Under the pieces are notes generated by a model that saw only the letters and a list, made by a program, of their open reading frames with translations, was not told where the DNA came from and searched no databases. Both the position numbers and the translations under genes were made by a program. From contig NC_092671.1 in assembly GCF_964355755.1 (NCBI RefSeq), positions 37,954,304 to 38,018,303 on the forward strand: a DNA stretch of 64,000 bases. The letters are read 5' to 3'. This document shows, piece after piece, positions 37,302-48,568 of this stretch (the stretch's first letter is position 1; every line of letters begins with the position of its first letter). Origin of the DNA: Antedon mediterranea. Lineage: Eukaryota > Animalia > Echinodermata.

Positions 37302-38477
37302 ATGCATGTTTTTAGAACTATGAAGTCAATTACGGGTTTTGTAGCAGTGTTTATTTTTCTCTTTGTTGAAAGTTGTTTGTCAACACAGCAACACAATGTA
37401 TATTGTACAAAGCTAAATGATTACTATATTGTTGGACAAATGCTGACAACTACATGTTATGTTAGCAAGTGTAATGATTGTATCAAATATTATCAGTTGA
37501 AGAAGGATAACCATTTTATAGTGGATGAAACATGTATCCACATTTTTAACAAAACAATACTTCCTCATGAAATAGAGATAACAATAACCAATTTGAGTAT
37601 TTCTGACAGTGGTGAGTACAGTATCCTTGTCACTCATCATGATGATAGTTCACAGGAATCCAGATTATTTAATGTGAGTGTATTTCCACAGCCTGCACCA
37701 AAGTGCTCATCTAACAAAGATTATTGTATAATTGGTGACTGCAGCATCACCTTACAATGCAAAATCTTTTCATATCTGAATCTTAAGTTAAATGATAAGG
37801 CAGAGTACAATCAAACAATTTCAGGTAATAATACAATTTATGAAAGAGAATTTCATATTACAGATCAGGACAAAGGTGTGGTTAAGGACATGTGTCTTTT
37901 CAATGTAAAATCTTATTGGTATCCTTGCATAGTCGAAGTATTAGTAAAAAGCCGATTGAATGTTTCTTTAAAATCAGCGGGAAATGTGATTGAAGGAGAC
38001 GATGCGGTTTTAAATTGTTCCCTACCAAACAACAATGACATCACTCAAGTTGATTACATATGGGAATCATTCCCAGAAATTGACATGAATACCAAAGGTA
38101 ACAGTTTAACAATACGCAATGTATCCATTGGTTTAAATGGGACAGAAGTAAGATGTACCGTAAGACTAGGTAATTATTCAGAGGGTTCAGCAACAACGAT
38201 ACTGAATGTTGACATCCTGGATCTTGATCAAGTTCATCCTGATGTCTCAACGATGCAAATAACAACATCCGACATAAGCAGGGAAGATAATACTATGCAC
38301 TCAAAATCTATATTGCTAATTCGATCAATCACATTTTGTGTGTTTATTATTATCGTGGCAATTTTGAGTACAAAATACCTTAACACAAGGAAGAAAAGAG
38401 ATTCCATTGACAATAGAACTACAAGCAACGACACAACCTCTGATGTAGAACTGAATGTATCGGTTATAGAGAACTGA
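37302..38477 (+). CDS. Ig-superfamily type I membrane protein B1 (391 aa, intronless CDS)
   Basis: Signal peptide; D1 with ITITNLSISDSGEY; D3 AVLNC...YIW...LTIRNVSIGLNGTEVRC; TM; ~35-aa tail; AATAAA at ~38535. Confidence 0.88.
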   Translation: MHVFRTMKSITGFVAVFIFLFVESCLSTQQHNVYCTKLNDYYIVGQMLTTTCYVSKCNDCIKYYQLKKDNHFIVDETCIHIFNKTILPHEIEITITNLSISDSGEYSILVTHHDDSSQESRLFNVSVFPQPAPKCSSNKDYCIIGDCSITLQCKIFSYLNLKLNDKAEYNQTISGNNTIYEREFHITDQDKGVVKDMCLFNVKSYWYPCIVEVLVKSRLNVSLKSAGNVIEGDDAVLNCSLPNNNDITQVDYIWESFPEIDMNTKGNSLTIRNVSIGLNGTEVRCTVRLGNYSEGSATTILNVDILDLDQVHPDVSTMQITTSDISREDNTMHSKSILLIRSITFCVFIIIVAILSTKYLNTRKKRDSIDNRTTSNDTTSDVELNVSVIEN

Positions 38478-39130
38478 ACAGGAGCCGCATGGATATTTCA
38501 ATGTATTGGAATACTGTTTCTTGTTTGAATAACAAATAAAGTGTTTTAAAATGATTATACAGTATATTAAGTAAGATGTTTTATCCTACTCTGACGTAAG
38601 TTGTACTTTTATACTAAGTACATTGATAATACAGTACTTGCAAAAAAAATGTGCAAGTAATTCTTGGGATTGACTCGATACAATTGTAAAATTAGCAATA
38701 GTTTAATTTTTTGTTAATCCTGGCCACATAAATATAAAAAAACTTTCTATAACCAATTTAATTGTTTAGCTTATTTTAGGGAACAATTCATTTAAAATAA
38801 ACATAAGCATAATGTATCTACAGTAATAAAAAATACTATTTTATTTTAAAACTAGGTACATTACCACAATCCTGTAATGCTTTCTGTTTCCTCTTGTCAA
38901 TGCAGTGGTTTTTAAGCTATAAGATGAAACAATAATTGAATTAGTTTAATTTTAGCTGTAAAATTATCAAAATAAAATATTTTTGATGCTTGAAACATTG
39001 TGGTTGTTATTATTTCTGGTTGTGTAAGCCATCGTTTTTCTACAATCTATTAATTAAGAAAGCTAATAATCAAGAATTGGGCATAGACTTATGTATTACC
39101 TCCAGTCGATTCACGGAGATGTTTAATGGT

Positions 39131-39455
39131 GAGTGAGTGGCCGAGCGGTTAAGACAGTGGAACCGTAATCACGTAGCCATAACATCGGCAGGGGTTCGAG
39201 GCTCACTCACTCCATGGTTCTGGTGGTAGAACGAGTCTTCTCGGATAAGGACTATAAACCGTAGGTCCAGTGTACACAACTTGCTCGTGTGCACTTTAAA
39301 GAACCTAGTACATCTTTCGAGACGAGTAGGGGGTTACCCCGGTGTATTAGTACATCACAGCCACTGATCACCAACTGGGCCCTCTGGGAGATCAGTCTTT
39401 GACTGAAGAGGTCACCCAGTATAAAGATAAAACAAATAAAACAAACAAACAAACA
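39131..39455 (+). mobile_element. tRNA-derived SINE with Deu-like central domain
   Basis: A box TGGCCGAGCGG, B box GGTTCGAGGC, TCGGATAAGGACTATAAACCGTAGGTCC core, (AAAC)n tail, TSD AATGGT. Confidence 0.85.
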
Positions 39456-39479
39456 AATGGTCAGGACATCATGCAGAAG

Positions 39480-40498
39480 CGGTCAGTCTAATTACTGAAA
39501 ACAACCGAAAATAACCGAAAACAACCCTAAACAACCGAAAACAACCGCAAACAACCGAAAACAACCATAAACAACCGAAAACAAACCGAAAACAAAATAA
39601 AATAATCTAAATACCGAAAACAAATTTGTATAATATTTTTTAAATGTCGCCCTCTATTGATGGGTGTTTCTTAATCTAAGACCATAACAGAGACAAAACC
39701 GCGCGCGCAAAAGCCAAGGAAGAAGACCCTACGATGGTAGTGTGCACAAAATACAACTAAAAATCGTGCAATCAATCAATGATAACATCGCATTTACTTA
39801 CAGAATCTATAAAAATATTTTAATTTTAGTCTTTCGATTTTTGATCCAGAAACCAGCGCATTACTCCTTACAATAATTGTGAATATGTTAATCCATAGTT
39901 TAGAAGTAAATTGACTATGGTTAATCATGATCGATTTAATTATAGATTTTCAAAGATAATTATACAAAGATACTAGGGACTATAAAGTATACTTAAAACA
40001 AGCTCACTATAAAGGATTCACAATAAAATCTATTCAGTAAAATTAATGTAGTCGAGTAAATAACGTTTTTATCCTTAATCGCTTCAGTATTCACTTAATA
40101 AAGTGACGAAAACCGGGGACGAAAACGCAAAGTTAGGTAAAATCATGCTTTGTTTTTGAAAAGACTAAAAACGAAATTTGTTTATAGATTTTGTAAGTAA
40201 ATGTAATCTACGGTGTATTTCATTGAATTTGTACGATTTTGAGTTGTATTTTGTGCACACTACCATTTCTTAGGGTCTTCCATGACTTTTGCGCCTCTGT
40301 ATGGTCTTAGCTTTAGAAACACCCATCAATAGAGGGCGACATTAAAAAAAATATTATACAAAATTTGTTTTCGGTATTTAGATTTTTTAAATTTTTTTTT
40401 GGTTTGTTTTCGGTTGTTTACGGTTGTTTGTGGTTGTTTTCGGTTGTTTTCGGTTGTTTTCGGTTATTTTCGGTTGTTTTCGGTAATTAGACTGACCC
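39480..40498. mobile_element. MITE with long TIRs and 8-bp TSD (Merlin/MULE-like)
   Basis: GGTCAGTCTAATTAC...GTAATTAGACTGACC, 10-bp subterminal repeats AAACAACCGA, TSD TGCAGAAG on both sides. Confidence 0.88.
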
Positions 40499-41434
40499 TG
40501 CAGAAGCTTAGTTTTGAGTTTGAATCTCTGAGGCTTTTTCTCATTCTTTTTTTTCGAAATGAATTAATTAATATTCAGTATATCACCAGGTGGTTTAGAA
40601 TTTGTTCTGTGCCTTTGAAACTGGCCAAAAATGAAAAAAATATTTTTTTTAATGTTTACAATTTATTTGTCATATACTGTATGATGCTAATATTAACATT
40701 TTTTTCTAAAAATGTCAAAAAAGAAACATTTTACTGATCTTGCTTCATTAACATTTGAAATCAAGTTGAGTTATTGGTGTTTATTTTTATTTATTTATTC
40801 TTTCTTTTGACTGGATTGCATTTTCAGTAACGTAGTACTGCTTTCCAAAATGGTCCAGTTATAAGTTTAAAAGTAAAGAAAATTTATAACAATTAACATA
40901 TAACAAAAATTAAGAAAGATAAAAGCATAGGCCTAGGCCTAATTTAAAAGATATACAGAACAGTAAATTTTCTACATAAATAAAATGTAGGATCACTTGG
41001 ATGACATTAGAGTTGCTATATTTTGAGTTTATAAATATTTGATGCATAAATGTTTAATGCATAATATATAAAGTCTGTACTGGTGGTGTCATATGGTGCA
41101 ATAAATTTGGTTGATTAACTTGGTTTATTGGCGTGTGGGGGTCTATATAGACTTCCACATCTTCCTTTTTTTCCTCTTTTATGAGGTTAACCCACTTTTA
41201 TTTCATATTTTACAGTCATGCAATTTTTCACGTACAATTTTAGAGTGAAATAATATATTAGAACCATAAAATATAATATATTATTTTTTCTCTTTCTTTA
41301 TATATACATATATATTTATTTATGATGAAAGGAAAATAAATGTGTACACTAATAAAGAATGTTTGTTTTTTGTTCTCAGTACATTTCTTTAACATATCAT
41401 TTAACCAAAAAAAAATTATACATCTTCCAAATCA

Positions 41435-41690
41435 TTCACTGAAGATGCCTACACAAAAAAAATCACTGAAGATGCCTACAAAAAAAAACCCAAAAATTCA
41501 CTGAAGATGCCAACAAAAAAATTAAAAACTCATTAAAGATGCCTACAAAAAAAAACATGCCTACAAAAAAAAAAAAGTTACTGAAGATGCCTACAAGAAA
41601 AAAAAAGTTCACTGAAGATGCCTACAAAAAAAAAGTTTACTGAAGATGCCTACAAAAAATTTACTGAAGATGCCTACAAAAAACCAAAAA
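41435..41690. repeat. Expanded CACTGAAGATGCCTAC(A)n array upstream of A2
   Basis: ~9 copies here versus 2 at the paralogous site 18957-19020. Confidence 0.85.
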
Positions 41691-42257
41691 AAACATGCTT
41701 AATATTGTCTTAATAAAGAAATAAAAGAAATCATCCTATTCCGGAATAAACTATTAAGCTCAAGCAATACAATCATCTTATATTACTTAAGTCTTTCAAG
41801 CATGTAACGTTCCTCATCCCCATCCTTGCCTTTTAGACTTAAATTAGTTTGGTTTTTTCAAATTTTCTTTAAATAATTCGCCTATATTACTACAATACTT
41901 TATAAGTTGATATTGAAAATTAAAGGCGAGTAATACGGTATTAAATTTAGTAGTAATGTTTACAAAGTACAAGTTTAACAATTGGGTTTGCTATTTATCA
42001 AATAAAATAAATATACTGAAATAAACTTGGCAAGAAAAAAAACAGCAATAATAGAGATAGAGTAAATAAAACATGTAATTTATAACAATTTATCTATTTG
42101 TTATACAAACAATCTGACAAGCATTGTTGTATCTCTGTATTGTGAAGTCAATAAAGTCGTACAAGTTTGTTTGACGCCACCAATTTATTTGGTGACGTCA
42201 ACAATTTTAGTTACCCGGATGAGCAACGTAGTCTGTCGTGTGATTGTGAAATTGACA

Positions 42258-42266
42258 ATGGAAATG
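42258..42266 (+). CDS. Ig gene A2 exon 1 (MEM, or last ATG only)
   Basis: ATG GAA ATG|GTAAGT after the conserved promoter block 42180-42228. Confidence 0.7.
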
Positions 42267-43422
42267 GTAAGTCAAATTCTATTATTAATCCTGCTTAATC
42301 GAATATTTTATGTACATTTATTGATGTGTAAACATAAATATACAAAAATAGTACCTTTGAAAACTGAATTACCCATTGATAATCAGTCAATCACTGGAAT
42401 ATGATCGGTGATTCTAGGACGAGCATTGCCATTGTTCAGATAAAATGTAGATGTGGCTATATCGCTTTTATACAATGACACTGGAATTGTTCAAACGCTA
42501 TCTGTTGTACTAGTTTGACAGGTACCTAAATTATCAATGGTTGCTAGGAACCATCAATGCATACTGTAATTCCCTATTACCATTAGTGAATTAAAGAAAT
42601 GGACTATTCCATTTTTTTTTATTGAGGTTTGTACTTTGTTATATACCAATCAAGGTACTAGCCTATAATATTAATATATATACAATAGTTTGATAAATTA
42701 GACCATGTAAATGTTGGGCTAAAAAATATGGCAATAAACACTCTATCCTGCAATATTATTAATATTAAAATGGTTAAACATCTGGATTTTTGACAATTTA
42801 GTAAACATATTATAATTATTTATAAACAACTACAATTTTTAAATCTTATTTTATTTTTAAATTGGTTATAAATTCTTCTAAATTGCACTATTCAATAGAA
42901 ATGTACAAACTGCAAGATATTGGCATAGTAACAATGTATTTTACTCCTTCTCTCAAAAGTTTTGAAATATTTTAAAATAATTTTGAAATTTAAGTCTTCT
43001 GACCTCCATGACTTCTCCGGGCCAAAAAACCCCCCACCCCCCAAAACACTTAAGTTTTAGTTTGTGTTCTCATCCTCTATTATTATATATACTATATGTT
43101 TTATTGCACACAATTTTGTATTATGTATCTAGTATATTAAATGAATGAATCCTATCTGAAGAGAGAAGTAATACTAGTGTAACATGCCTATTCCCATCTT
43201 ACCGTTATGCCATCCATGCTATCATTGTGCCTCCATAAATATATAGCGCCTGGTTCTCCTGAAAAAAATAAAATATTATTGTTGCTACTAAAAATAACTA
43301 TACAGTATAAAATTGCTTCTTCGAGTCAAGGAAGACAATGAGGTCAATAACTGATTACGTTGTTTACTGAGGCCTATTGTTAACTCACTATTAATTTGAT
43401 GGTTTTCTTCTCCTTTTTTCAG

Positions 43423-44583
43423 GCATCTGCTGATAGTTCAAACAACAACTCTAGGCTTTGGTGTCTTTCTCTTCTGGTTATCATCACAACTTCAGTTTCT
43501 CAAGAAATTTCATTTGATAATAATTATCTTGAAAATATTACCATTGTTGAAACAGAAAAAGCAATATTGACATGTTTGCTTCTCAAAGATCATGAATCAA
43601 CAGATCAAGTATCTTGGGTAAAACATGGTAAGAAAACAAACCAGACATTAGACAGTTCACGATATTCCTTTAAGAAGAATAAAAAAAGCAATGAAGTCTA
43701 TGAGTATAGTTTAACAATTGATCCAGTTAAAAGATCAGATGCTGCAGATTACTGGTGTGTGTTTGATACTTCAACAGGTGTAATATCCTCAAAAAAAGCT
43801 TACCTGAACGTCCTCAAAGTTCCATCAAAAGAGTATCCAATGTGTTACTTTAGCCAACCTTCATATTACATTGGTGATGTCATAAACACCATGTGCATTA
43901 CAGAGAGGACATCTACAGATCTTTCTATGGAGTTCACTGAAATGACTAAGCTAGCCTCATCACATGAAAATGATACCCACATGTGGAAAACCTTAGAAGT
44001 CTCTGCAAAACCAAATATAAATAATACACAGTATAGTTGTGAACTGTATATTGACATTATAAATAGCAGACGATATTGTTACACTGGTCTGTTGATTGTT
44101 ATGAACAAACTAAATGTTGCCATCCATGGAGACATTCACTATAAATCAAATCAGATTGCAAGTTTCACCTGCAAAGGTAACTATACTGACACTGCTAAGT
44201 TTGCATGGACTATTGAAAATGGTGATATTGACAATAGTTATACTAATGATCAAGCCAACAATGCTAACATGACGTTTACCATTCAATCTGTACAAGCAGA
44301 ATTGCACGGAGCTTCCCTCACATGTACTGTTGAGGATGAAGGCTTTACAGGCTCAGGTACTGTCATTCTTACAGTGGAAGGTGAACCCATGACAACAACT
44401 GAAACAACAAGAAAGCCATCAACAATCTCACCCATCTATACAGTGCCACTTAAAGATGTAGAAACTCTGATTCAGGAGAAGTTTAAAATTATTGAACAAT
44501 TAGTTTGTTTAATTTTAATAACTTTAATTATAATATTTTGTATTTTGCTACTTAAATTGTTAAAAAAAGAAAAGGTTGACTAG
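43423..44583 (+). CDS. Ig-superfamily type I membrane protein A2, exon 2
   Basis: Poly-T CAG acceptor; full-length paralog of A1 with the same Cys pattern; tail KLLKKEKVD. Confidence 0.88.
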   Translation, partial: ASADSSNNNSRLWCLSLLVIITTSVSQEISFDNNYLENITIVETEKAILTCLLLKDHESTDQVSWVKHGKKTNQTLDSSRYSFKKNKKSNEVYEYSLTIDPVKRSDAADYWCVFDTSTGVISSKKAYLNVLKVPSKEYPMCYFSQPSYYIGDVINTMCITERTSTDLSMEFTEMTKLASSHENDTHMWKTLEVSAKPNINNTQYSCELYIDIINSRRYCYTGLLIVMNKLNVAIHGDIHYKSNQIASFTCKGNYTDTAKFAWTIENGDIDNSYTNDQANNANMTFTIQSVQAELHGASLTCTVEDEGFTGSGTVILTVEGEPMTTTETTRKPSTISPIYTVPLKDVETLIQEKFKIIEQLVCLILITLIIIFCILLLKLLKKEKVD

Positions 44584-44803
44584 GTAGAATCTGATAATTC
44601 GACTCCATGTCGGTGATGCAGAAGGAAGTTGAAATGTATTAATTGTAGTTTGTTTCAATTTAACAACTTTATTATGTGGCATTTTCACCTGACGTACTGT
44701 ATAACGAGTGTTTCCTTTTAAAAGTTTGTGGTACAACATTGTTGTAATAGATTACATTTTACTTAATTGCTTCTAATTAATTGATTTTTGTGGACTAATA
44801 TAC

Positions 44804-45209
44804 CATAGTTACCAACCGCCTTGCATCGTGCGGGATGGTCCGCATTTCAGTGATTTTTAATGAAACACGTATTTTGAACAGACAAATGCGTGACCACATA
44901 TTTGTCACGCATTTAGCAGAAGTATATGCATGATCATTTTTTTATCACAATTTGAGAGGAAAATGCATTCTATGGGAGTGTCATTTCCGGCCAACTAGAG
45001 GTGCCTTTCATCATGAATTTTACGTGCCAGAGTAACATTTCTGGCCATCTAAGAGTGCCAGTGAACTAAATTCGCTACTTCACAGGCCCCACAAGGGGGA
45101 GGGAGGCTGTGGCTAAAATACTTTGTGTCCGAATCAACAACCCCTTTTCACACACACACACACAAAAATAGTCTGTACCGCATTTCAATCTCTCAGGTTG
45201 GTAACTATG
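44804..45209. mobile_element. MITE with 6-bp TSD (hAT-related?)
   Basis: TIR CATAGTTACCAACC / GGTTGGTAACTATG, TSD ATATAC. Confidence 0.8.
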
Positions 45210-45293
45210 ATATACATTAACAAATTAGAGCACATCACTGGTTTTTATTTTTTTACTTTAATTAAAAACAATGTATACTTTCAAATCTAAACC

Positions 45294-45308
45294 AGGATGT
45301 GAAACTAA
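45294..45308 (+). promoter_or_regulatory. ETS-IRF-composite-like element upstream of B2
   Basis: AGGATGTGAAACTAA ~120 bp before the ATG in otherwise diverged sequence. Confidence 0.55.
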
Positions 45309-45425
45309 CAATATTATTTTATCGAATGATCAATTGCAAGAGTTGTAAGTTGCATAAACTTGTGACACTGGCTTGAGGTGAATGTTTGACAATTGGTATA
45401 TATATATATATGAGAAAATATACAC

Positions 45426-46571
45426 ATGTTTTTAAGAACGATGAAGGCTATAGCCACCAGTGTTGTAACAGTGTTGATATTTATTTTCTTGGATGCAAGT
45501 TCAACATCAACACAGCAACACAATGTTGAGTGTGATCCGCCTGATGATTACTATATTGTTGGACAAACCATGACAACTAAATGTTATGTTAGATGTAGAA
45601 ATTGTATAAAACATTATGAGTTGAAGAGGAATAACCGCTCAGTAGATGACAAACGTATCCACAGTTCTCATGAAATGTTTCCTCATCATTTTGAAATTGA
45701 GATAACAATATCAACTTTGACAATTTCTGACAGTGGTGAGTACACTATTCTTGTCACTCATCATGATGATAGTTTACAGGAATCCAGACTATTTAATGTG
45801 AGTGTATTTCCACAGCCTGCACCAAAGTGCTCATCTAACAAAGATTATTGTATAATTGGTGACTGTAGCATCACTCTACAATGCAAAATATTTTCGTATC
45901 CAGATCTTGAATTCAAAAATTGGTTGACATCAAAAGAGGCAGAGTATAATTCTTCAATTTCAGGTAATAATACAATATATGAAGGAGAATTTCATATCAC
46001 AGATCGTGAACAAGGAGTGGTTTGGTACGCATGTACTTTGAAAGTAATATCTGAAACGTATATTTGCAAAATAAATGTAACAGTAAAAAGTTGCTTGAAT
46101 GTTTCTTTAACATCAGATAATTGGATTGAAGGAGACAATGCGGTTTTAAATTGTTCTCTACCAAACCACAATGACGTCACTCAGGTTGAGTACATATGGG
46201 AATCATTCCCTGAAATTGACATGATTGCTAAAAGTAACACATTAACAATACTCAATGTATCCATTGGTTTGAATGGGACAGTAGTAAAGTGTACCGCTAG
46301 AGGTGAATATTCTGAGGGATCAGTAACAACTATACTACATGTTAAAATCTTGGATCATGACGTCTCAACAATATCTACATCAAACATTAGCAGTGAAGAC
46401 AGATTTATGGATTCAAAGTTAATATTAATAATTCGGTCAACAATATTTTGTGTGTTTATAATAATTTTGGCAATTTTAAGTACAAAGTACATTCAAATTA
46501 GGAAGAAAAAACTTATTTTTGACAATAGCAATGACACAACTTCTGCTATAGAACTGGATGTATTGACATAA
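45426..46571 (+). CDS. Ig-superfamily type I membrane protein B2 (381 aa)
   Basis: Paralog of B1/B3; signal peptide, three Ig-like domains, TM LILIIRSTIFCVFIIILAIL, short tail. Confidence 0.88.
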   Translation: MFLRTMKAIATSVVTVLIFIFLDASSTSTQQHNVECDPPDDYYIVGQTMTTKCYVRCRNCIKHYELKRNNRSVDDKRIHSSHEMFPHHFEIEITISTLTISDSGEYTILVTHHDDSLQESRLFNVSVFPQPAPKCSSNKDYCIIGDCSITLQCKIFSYPDLEFKNWLTSKEAEYNSSISGNNTIYEGEFHITDREQGVVWYACTLKVISETYICKINVTVKSCLNVSLTSDNWIEGDNAVLNCSLPNHNDVTQVEYIWESFPEIDMIAKSNTLTILNVSIGLNGTVVKCTARGEYSEGSVTTILHVKILDHDVSTISTSNISSEDRFMDSKLILIIRSTIFCVFIIILAILSTKYIQIRKKKLIFDNSNDTTSAIELDVLT

Positions 46572-47182
46572 AGATAACAAATAAACACTAACAAGTTTTA
46601 AAATCCTGTCAGTGGTATCATAATTGCTGTATTAAATTGCTAAATTAACATGCTTTCTCATTAAGACATTTTTCTGTAACAGATTACAAAATTAGAAAAC
46701 TTTATTATAATTATAAAAATTATACTTTTTTTTATAATAATAACATAATTAAAAAAAATAATATTGTTTTTGATTTAAAAGAAATCCTCCTGATCGGTCA
46801 TTGGAAGTCTCTTATCTAGTCTGGGTTCCAGACGGAGTTTTGACTTAATATTAGTAAAAAGATAAATATTTTGGCACTTATGGCGTTTCATACATACACT
46901 TCTTGGGATTTCAGACAAACATCGAAAAGCCACGAAATAACTATAGACTTGGGCAAGTCTATTTCTTATCCATCTTTTTATTAATTTCTAATAATTATTG
47001 AATATGAGCAAATAATGTAAAATGTAACTTCCTTTTTCATCCTGACCTTTTCAAACATATTTAAATTTAAAGGCATAGACACACTGTAAACCATCCAGTA
47101 ATATACTGGAAATTAATTTATCAAATTATAAATGGTGAAAATGATCTGTATACATATGTTTATTTAATGCAAAATCAAAACA

Positions 47183-47197
47183 CGGATGTGAAACTAA
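47183..47197 (+). promoter_or_regulatory. ETS-IRF-composite-like element upstream of B3
   Basis: CGGATGTGAAACTAA ~170 bp before the ATG. Confidence 0.55.
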
Positions 47198-47365
47198 AAT
47201 TATCATAAAGAAGATGCATACATGGACTGTTTCTTACATAGTATACCAACGCTAGTTAGGCTACTGGACAAATGCGGGGAAAAACAGCGACTTGACACAA
47301 AAGTTTTACAAACAATCACAGTACAGGCACTAGGTGTGACCTAGAACAGGTAAAACACACAGTAA

Positions 47366-48568
47366 ATGTACACACATGTTTTAAGAGTTATGAAGTCTAT
47401 AAGTACCAGTTTTGTAGCAGTGTTTATCTTTATTCTATTTCATGAAACTTGTACGTCAACAGAGCAACACAGTGTTGATTGTACACAGCTTGATAATTAC
47501 TATATTATTGGACAAACACTGACAAGTACATGTTACGTTAGATGTATACCTAATTGTGTAAAACACTATCAGTTGAAGAAGAATAACCACTTGGTGGATG
47601 AACCACATATCCACAGTTCTCATGACATATTTCCTCATCATTCTGAAATAGAGATAACAATATCCAATTTGAGGATTTCTGACAGTGGTTTGTACAGTAT
47701 TAACATCACTCATCATGATGATAGTTCACAGGAATCCAGATTATTTAATGCGAGTTTATTTCCACAGCCTGCACCACAGTGCTCGTCTAACAAAGATTAT
47801 TGTATAATTGGTGACTGCAGTGTTATTTTACAATGCAAAATCTTTTCGTATCCAGATCTTGAATTCCAAAATTGGTTGACATCAAAAGAGGCAGAGTATA
47901 ATTCTTCAATTTCAGGTAATAATACAATTTATGAAGGAGAATTTCATATTACAGATCGTGAACAAGGAGTGGTTGGGTATGCATGTACTGTAAAAGTGAA
48001 ATCTGAAACGTACATTTGCAAAATAAATGTAACAGTAAAAAGTCGTTTGAAAGTTTTTTTAACATCAGCAGGGAAACTGGTTGAAGGCAATGATGCGGTT
48101 CTAAATTGTTCTCTACCAAACCACAATGATGTCACTCAGGTTGAGTACATATGGGAATCATTCCCAGAAATTGACATGATTACCAAAAGTAACACATTAA
48201 CAAAACTTAATGTAACTGCTGGTTTAAATGGAACAGAAGTAAGATGTACCGTTAGACTAGGTAATTATTCAGAAGGTTCAGCAACGATGATACTGAATGT
48301 TGACGTCCTGGATCGTGATCAAGTTCATCTTGATGTCTCAACGATACAAACAACGCCATCCGATATCAGCAGGGAAGATAATCCTATCCACTCAAAATCT
48401 ATATTGCTAATTCGGTCCATTACATTTTGTGTGTTTATTATTATTGTGGCAATTTTGAGTACAAAATACCTTAATTCAAGGAAGAAAAGAGATTCCATTG
48501 ACAATAGACCTACAAGCAATGACACAACCTCTGCTGTAGAACTGAATGTATCAGTTATAGAGAAGTGA
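47366..48568 (+). CDS. Ig-superfamily type I membrane protein B3 (400 aa)
   Basis: Paralog of B1/B2, intact ORF, same architecture. Confidence 0.88.
   Translation: MYTHVLRVMKSISTSFVAVFIFILFHETCTSTEQHSVDCTQLDNYYIIGQTLTSTCYVRCIPNCVKHYQLKKNNHLVDEPHIHSSHDIFPHHSEIEITISNLRISDSGLYSINITHHDDSSQESRLFNASLFPQPAPQCSSNKDYCIIGDCSVILQCKIFSYPDLEFQNWLTSKEAEYNSSISGNNTIYEGEFHITDREQGVVGYACTVKVKSETYICKINVTVKSRLKVFLTSAGKLVEGNDAVLNCSLPNHNDVTQVEYIWESFPEIDMITKSNTLTKLNVTAGLNGTEVRCTVRLGNYSEGSATMILNVDVLDRDQVHLDVSTIQTTPSDISREDNPIHSKSILLIRSITFCVFIIIVAILSTKYLNSRKKRDSIDNRPTSNDTTSAVELNVSVIEK

Noticed and set aside
39131-39210. Possible tRNA gene (also 61539-61610)
   Set aside because: A/B boxes are followed by SINE core, tail and TSD, and I could not fold a proper cloverleaf
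46478-46500. TKYIQI in B2 as an ITSM/ITIM
   Set aside because: It abuts the TM helix and is not conserved (TKYLNT/S in B1 and B3)
27214-48568. RAG-type recombination signals or V/J segment organisation
   Set aside because: The genes are complete ORFs, and I noticed no heptamer-spacer-nonamer flanking the Ig segments
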